DNA of 64,000 nucleotides from an uncultured Bacteroidales bacterium (GTDB lineage Bacteria; Bacteroidota; Bacteroidia; Bacteroidales; CAIWKO01): NCBI GenBank assembly GCA_903913285.1, contig CAIWKO010000060.1, positions 55,898 to 119,897 of the forward strand, read 5' to 3'. Shown piece by piece: positions 59,267 to 64,000 of this stretch (position 1 is its first letter; each line of letters starts with the position of its first letter). The notes under the pieces were generated by a model. It saw only the letters and a program-made list of their open reading frames with translations, ran no database searches and was not told where the DNA came from. The position numbers and the translations under genes were made by a program.

Positions 59267-59409
59267 AGTGATAGTTTCACTTTGAGTGAAGCTATCACTT
59301 TATAAAAATAAAAGTGGAGACCAGAAACCACTCGGATGAACAGAGTGATAGTTTCACTTTGAGTGAAGCTATCACTTTATAAAAGTAAATGTGGAAACCA
59401 GATACCACT
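59267..59409. repeat. Direct repeat with 77-bp period, each copy carrying a REP-like palindrome plus GTGGAGACCAGAAACCACT
   Basis: Copies at 59267 and 59344; palindrome AGTGATAGTTTCACT-TTG-AGTGAAGCTATCACT; the second half recurs at 60381-60418. Confidence 0.9.
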
Positions 59410-59443
59410 TTAAAAAACGAAAAAAATTTAAAACTAAAAAGCC

Positions 59444-60349
59444 ATGAAAAAAATCTACTTTTTGTTTTTGTTATTTTTTCTAACAGGCATTATCAGCCTC
59501 AAAGCACAAACCCAGTTGCCCAATCCGGATTTTGAAAATTGGGTATCAAGTATTTCTGCTTATAGGCCGCTTAACTATTTTACTGTCGACACCCTGGGCT
59601 TACATAGCTGTTTTAAGTCTACCGACATGCATGGAGGCACTTTTGCTGCAAAGCTTAGATCGCTTGACACGACTATCCTTATTACTCTGCATATAAAGCT
59701 TCCTGGAATAGCAACTCTTGGTAGGCCAAGGTTGAGCGGAAGCAATTTATCCCAATTGTCCATTGATGAAGGAATTCCATTCACCGACAAGCCCGATGAT
59801 TTCATAGGATATTATAAATATAGGCCCATAAACACCGATACAATGAGTGTATTTATTTATTTCTGGCGTTATAATGCAGTGCTTCAAAGAAAAGATACCA
59901 TGGGCAAAGCAACTTTTAGCAATTCTGCCACCATCAATACATATACCATGTTTGATATGCCTATACAATGGAATACCTCTTATAGCGGGTCGCCCGATTC
60001 GATGAATCTAATTTTACTGGCTTCGCATACCGTGCAAAACCACACCTATGCCTATTTCGATGATTTTAGTTTCTATTATGATCCCTTTGCTGCCATTGCC
60101 ACCAACTCAGGCAATCTTATTGCCAGAGTTTATCCCAATCCGGTAAAAGATATTTTTACAGTTGAATTGCCTGAATTAAGAAGTGAATCCAACGTATGTT
60201 TATTTAACCTGCAAGGGCAGCTTCTTATTATGCAAACAATATATCAGCAAAAAACAGAAATAGACATAAACAGCCTGGCAAAAGGTGTTTATATAATAAA
60301 GGTCTTCAATGGAGAGGGTGTTGAGGTTATAAAGTTTGTGAAAGATTAA
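59444..60349 (+). CDS. T9SS type-A sorting domain protein with PCMD-like N-terminal domain
   Basis: Signal peptide, LPNPDFENW, GIPFTDKPD...GYYKY.P and C-terminal VYPNP...KGVYIIKV....KFVKD. Confidence 0.85.
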   Translation: MKKIYFLFLLFFLTGIISLKAQTQLPNPDFENWVSSISAYRPLNYFTVDTLGLHSCFKSTDMHGGTFAAKLRSLDTTILITLHIKLPGIATLGRPRLSGSNLSQLSIDEGIPFTDKPDDFIGYYKYRPINTDTMSVFIYFWRYNAVLQRKDTMGKATFSNSATINTYTMFDMPIQWNTSYSGSPDSMNLILLASHTVQNHTYAYFDDFSFYYDPFAAIATNSGNLIARVYPNPVKDIFTVELPELRSESNVCLFNLQGQLLIMQTIYQQKTEIDINSLAKGVYIIKVFNGEGVEVIKFVKD

Positions 60350-60465
60350 TTATCCTGATTGATATTATTGAAATAAAATAATGTGGAGACCAGAAACCAC
60401 TTAAAAAAACGAAAAAAAAAACTTAAAAGTGCAGTGTCAGCACGATAATCATTGACAATAAAAAT

Positions 60466-60945
60466 ATGAAAAAAATTACAATTATGTCGCTATTTTTAGC
60501 ATTTAGTGTTTTAATGATTCAGTCGTGCAAGAAAAAAGAAGCAGCTTGCTCAAATATCGGAACCGCTGTTAATATCGGAAGTACAGTAGGTGGAGCTTTT
60601 AATGTAGGTGTTAGTCCCTTCTTAAAATGTACTTTTGATGATCAAACGTATCAGCAATATTATGATAATTTAAATTTTGATAATACAACTCTTAATTTTT
60701 CTTGTAGTAGCCCCTATACTCATGAGGCATCATCTTGGGGTTATTCTACTGTAATAGGTGCTATTATGGATGTAGGTGAACAAAGTTGTCCTTCTTTAAT
60801 TTCCGGAACACCATCATCTGCCACATACGTTGCGTATGTGGAGGGACATGGATATATTTGCAATTATGTAGATGGGCATTCTGTGAAGTTTACTGCAGGA
60901 AAATATAGCGGAGGGAGTGTTACAGTAAATTATATTTGGCAATAA
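60466..60945 (+). CDS. Hypothetical lipoprotein
   Basis: Lipobox-like MIQSC-KKK. Confidence 0.75.
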   Translation: MKKITIMSLFLAFSVLMIQSCKKKEAACSNIGTAVNIGSTVGGAFNVGVSPFLKCTFDDQTYQQYYDNLNFDNTTLNFSCSSPYTHEASSWGYSTVIGAIMDVGEQSCPSLISGTPSSATYVAYVEGHGYICNYVDGHSVKFTAGKYSGGSVTVNYIWQ

Positions 60946-61049
60946 AAGTAAAAAAGTCCGTATGAATATCTTTTAATACTGCTAAAACCGAAAAGGTTTC
61001 GTGCAGTTCGTTCTTTTTAACATTAGTTATTAATTAAAACACAAACCCT

Positions 61050-61655
61050 ATGAAAAAAATATTTTTAGTTCTGGTCGGATTTTTAATTCTGAATACACTC
61101 CATGCGCAGGATGTGATTTTTAAAAAGAACGGGGATGAGATCAGTGCAAAGATTCAGGAAGTGGGAGTCACCGAAATTAAATACAAAAAGGCCGATAATC
61201 CCGACGGGCCTCTTTTTTCGATAATGAAAACAGATGTGTTCATGATCAAATTCGAAAACGGCACAAAAGAAGTTATCAATTCACAGGTAACCACAAATAC
61301 ACCAACAAGCACTATTGTTACCCCGGCTCAACCGACAACTCCGCAAAAAGTAACTGTTATTATTTATCGCAAAAATACGCGCGTGGGAGTGTTCGTAACC
61401 TACGATGTATTTGCCAACGAAAAGTATCTGACCGATGTGTCGAATAACACTTACTTTTCAACTCAGTTAGATGAAGGCGTTGTAACATTTACGGCCCAAA
61501 CCGACCAAAAAATCACCCAAACCATAAATCTGGTTGCGGGCAACACCTATTATCTGCGATGCGGAGTTAATACCGGAATGTGGGTTGGAATACCTTCACT
61601 GGAGTTTGTTCCCGAAAATACGGGAATACAGGAAACATCACGGATTCGCCATTAA
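61050..61655 (+). CDS. Secreted protein with DUF2846-like C-terminal domain
   Basis: Signal peptide, QDVIFKKNG.EI.AKI.EV N-domain, T/P-rich linker, then VIIYRK...NNTYF...L..G....AGNTYYLR. Confidence 0.7.
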   Translation: MKKIFLVLVGFLILNTLHAQDVIFKKNGDEISAKIQEVGVTEIKYKKADNPDGPLFSIMKTDVFMIKFENGTKEVINSQVTTNTPTSTIVTPAQPTTPQKVTVIIYRKNTRVGVFVTYDVFANEKYLTDVSNNTYFSTQLDEGVVTFTAQTDQKITQTINLVAGNTYYLRCGVNTGMWVGIPSLEFVPENTGIQETSRIRH

Positions 61656-61833
61656 ATTTTATTAATAAAAATAATGGCTGAAGCCAGAGTTGGTTTCTAT
61701 TCGAAAGGTTAATCTTTATTATCAATCATGAATAATGTATTTAAAAATGAAAAATCATAACATCCACAGATGGTTCGGGTCGCAATCCTCGAAAATATAA
61801 ATTATTAATTAATTTACACTAACAAAAAATATT

Positions 61834-62451
61834 ATGAACTATCAATCACCTTCGTCAAAAAACAAAGCAATAATAATTTTAAATCAATTTGATCATTTAA
61901 TCTCGGTTTCATTCATTTTTGTTGGTGTATTTTTTTTCTGTTCTTTTTTTACTCTTAAATGCTCAAGGCAAGATATTGTAACAATAAAGGGATATGAATT
62001 TATTACAGGGGTAAACATGAAAGAAAAAGTTGATAAAGGAATTTATCCTGATTTATTTAAACAAGATGAAAATAAAAGTACTACTGAAAGCAAATTGCAA
62101 ACTGACAATGAGGAAGTAAAACCTAATTATTGGGCTATTATTGCTGCTGGTGCTGCTATATTAGGCATAATTTTATCGATAGCTATGGGTAGTAAAAAGA
62201 AATACTATGGAGTATTAATATTTCTTGGCATAATTGGCATTATAGGTTTGTTTTTATTACATTATTTTCTAGGTGATGGTTTAAAACAAAAGCAAGGAGA
62301 ATTATTTAATGTCTTTGAGATAGAGATCAATTATGGTTACTGGGGTGCTATAGGCGGCTTTTGTTTGGCAACAATTGTTAGTTTTATTTGTAATATAATT
62401 TATAAAGCCAATTTGCATAAAGAAATAGTTATCGAAGAGAATTCAGAATAA
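61834..62451 (+). CDS. Hypothetical membrane protein
   Basis: Four hydrophobic segments; AT-rich. Confidence 0.7.
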   Translation: MNYQSPSSKNKAIIILNQFDHLISVSFIFVGVFFFCSFFTLKCSRQDIVTIKGYEFITGVNMKEKVDKGIYPDLFKQDENKSTTESKLQTDNEEVKPNYWAIIAAGAAILGIILSIAMGSKKKYYGVLIFLGIIGIIGLFLLHYFLGDGLKQKQGELFNVFEIEINYGYWGAIGGFCLATIVSFICNIIYKANLHKEIVIEENSE

Positions 62452-62462
62452 AATAATTAACC

Positions 62463-62495
62463 AAAAAGTCTGTCCAATCCGGCAGGCTTTTTTTT
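62463..62495. terminator. Bidirectional Rho-independent terminator
   Basis: AAAAAGTCTGTC-CAATCC-GGCAGGCTTTTTTT between convergent genes. Confidence 0.7.
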
Positions 62496-62519
62496 CCCTT
62501 ACCTCTTACCTATTACCTT

Positions 62520-63761
62520 TCACCACTTTCCCGCCACCTCTTTCGGGTAGCACAAAAAATACTTCCTGATGATTCTCGAAAGCAGTTCCGTGTTGATCTG
62601 ATCCGAGCTTTGGGTGATATCTTCCGTTCGGCCGTCGCGGTGCAGCATCGAAATTTTGTCGAATGCGGGGTTGTAGGCATTGTTGGCCACCTCGTCCGAA
62701 AACACGAAACTTTCGGCTTCGTCCGTGGTGAGGTCATAAAACTTCATGGTTTTCGATTTTAGGTCGCCGATATAGCCCGCATCGAAGGGCATACTCTGAA
62801 TTTCTATTTTCATCAGGTTGCGGTTCACCAGCTTTTGGCTGAGCAGCCTCAGCACCTTGTCTGTGGAGCGCATCCACATCTTGACGGCAAAAAACACGTC
62901 GTAGTCGTCCAGTTGGGCAAACACACCGAGCAAATCGGGCCTTTCGATGAAATCGTGTTCCACGAAACGGTTTTTCAAAAAGGTTTCGAGGGCGGGGCTG
63001 GCAAAAACGTTTTCGCCGCGTTCGGCCAGAAGTTTGGCGCGATTGAGGATGCGGATGAGCAGATGTTCGGCCGAGAGCACGGTTTTGTGGAGATAGACCT
63101 GCCAATACATGAGCCTGCGCGCCACGATAAATTTTTCGATGGAATAGATGCCTTTGATGTCGACCACCACCTCGTCGCGGTGCACGTTGAGCATTTTGAT
63201 GATGCGGTCGGTTGAAATTACGCCTTCGGAAACGCCCGTGAAAAAGCTGTCGCGCATCAGGTAGTCGAGCCTGTCGACATCGAGTTGCGAAGCCACCAAC
63301 TGATGGAGAAACTTTTTGGGATGGCGGTTGTCGAAAATATCGGCGGCCATCAGCAGGCGGTCGCCATAGATGGCGTTGAGGCGCTCGATGAAAAACAGGG
63401 AAAGGCGCTCGTGGGAAATGGCCGAAACCAGGGTATGCTCCAAAGCGTGAGAAAAAGGCCCGTGACCGATATCGTGCAACAAAATGGCGAGCAGGAGGCT
63501 CTGCTGTTCGTCGTCGCTGATGGCGATTTCTTTCAGCTTAAGCATTTCAACCGCCTGGCTCATCAGATGCATGGCTCCCAAAGCATGCTGAAAGCGCGAA
63601 TGGCTTGCACCGGGATAAACCATATAGGTAAGGCCAAGTTGTTTTATATAGCGCAGGCGTTGAAAATAGGGATGTTCGATGATATCGAAAATGAAATCGT
63701 TGGGGATGGTAATAAAACCATGCACGGGGTCGTTAATGATTTTTCTTTTATTATGAACCAC
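62520..63761 (-). CDS. HD domain phosphohydrolase (SAMHD1/dNTPase-like)
   Basis: INDPVHG, FQRLRYIKQLG, HSRFQHALG, LLHDIGHGPFSH and LDVDRLDYL.RD. Confidence 0.93.
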   Translation of the reverse strand: MVHNKRKIINDPVHGFITIPNDFIFDIIEHPYFQRLRYIKQLGLTYMVYPGASHSRFQHALGAMHLMSQAVEMLKLKEIAISDDEQQSLLLAILLHDIGHGPFSHALEHTLVSAISHERLSLFFIERLNAIYGDRLLMAADIFDNRHPKKFLHQLVASQLDVDRLDYLMRDSFFTGVSEGVISTDRIIKMLNVHRDEVVVDIKGIYSIEKFIVARRLMYWQVYLHKTVLSAEHLLIRILNRAKLLAERGENVFASPALETFLKNRFVEHDFIERPDLLGVFAQLDDYDVFFAVKMWMRSTDKVLRLLSQKLVNRNLMKIEIQSMPFDAGYIGDLKSKTMKFYDLTTDEAESFVFSDEVANNAYNPAFDKISMLHRDGRTEDITQSSDQINTELLSRIIRKYFLCYPKEVAGKW

Positions 63762-63853
63762 AAAAAGGCTGTATTATGTGTATCTTTGTATTAAATTATG
63801 AGTTCAATATTACGCATTTTTTGCGCAATAAACTTTAAAAAAATAAGGCGATT

Positions 63854-64000
63854 ATGAGTAAAGTTCGAATTTTGTGGGTGGACGATGAAATTGATCTGTT
63901 GAAACCACATATTTTATTTCTGCAGGAAAAAGGTTACGAAGTTGTTACTTCAAACAATGGCGACGAGGGCCTCGACCTGATAAACGAAAGCAATTTTGAT
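63854..64000 (+). CDS. porX: PorX-type response regulator, N-terminal part (3'-truncated by window edge)
   Basis: Manual translation MSKVRILWVDDEIDLLKPHILFLQEKGYEV...; divergent from the HD gene as usual in Bacteroidota. Confidence 0.85.
   Translation, partial: MSKVRILWVDDEIDLLKPHILFLQEKGYEVVTSNNGDEGLDLINESNFD

Overview
Chromosomal window from a Bacteroidota organism, most likely Bacteroidales. This is inferred from TTG-N19-TAnnTTTG promoters, T9SS cargo proteins, porX and the FeoA-FeoB fusion. Most of it is housekeeping: rplS, trmD, feoAB, ettA, nnr, thioredoxins, sucC, gcvT, PadR-PspC, acetate-CoA ligase, grpE-dnaJ, deoC, ugd-uxs-rfbD, lpxD, an HD protein and partial porX. Three accessory blocks interrupt it: (i) an AT-rich three-gene putative defence cassette at 25.0-28.6 kb (DGQHR/DndB-like, HEPN-like, PD-(D/E)XK); (ii) a run of secreted and lipoprotein genes at 39.7-49.5 kb, including three collagen-like lipoprotein paralogues; (iii) a ~5 kb opposite-strand island between lpxD and the HD gene. 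The most striking unexplained feature is six intergenic tandem arrays with a 21-bp period but largely different unit sequences. Four of them form two copies of a homologous bipartite element (array A + conserved AT-rich linker + a different array B). One array (16-nt core plus 5 variable nt) sits directly upstream of an uncharacterised helical + Ig-like protein. Heptamer tracts, 56- and 77-bp duplications and REP-like palindromes extend the multiple-of-7 pattern. No rRNA, tRNA, CRISPR-Cas, integrase or intact transposase was recognised. All family assignments are by eye and need HMM confirmation.
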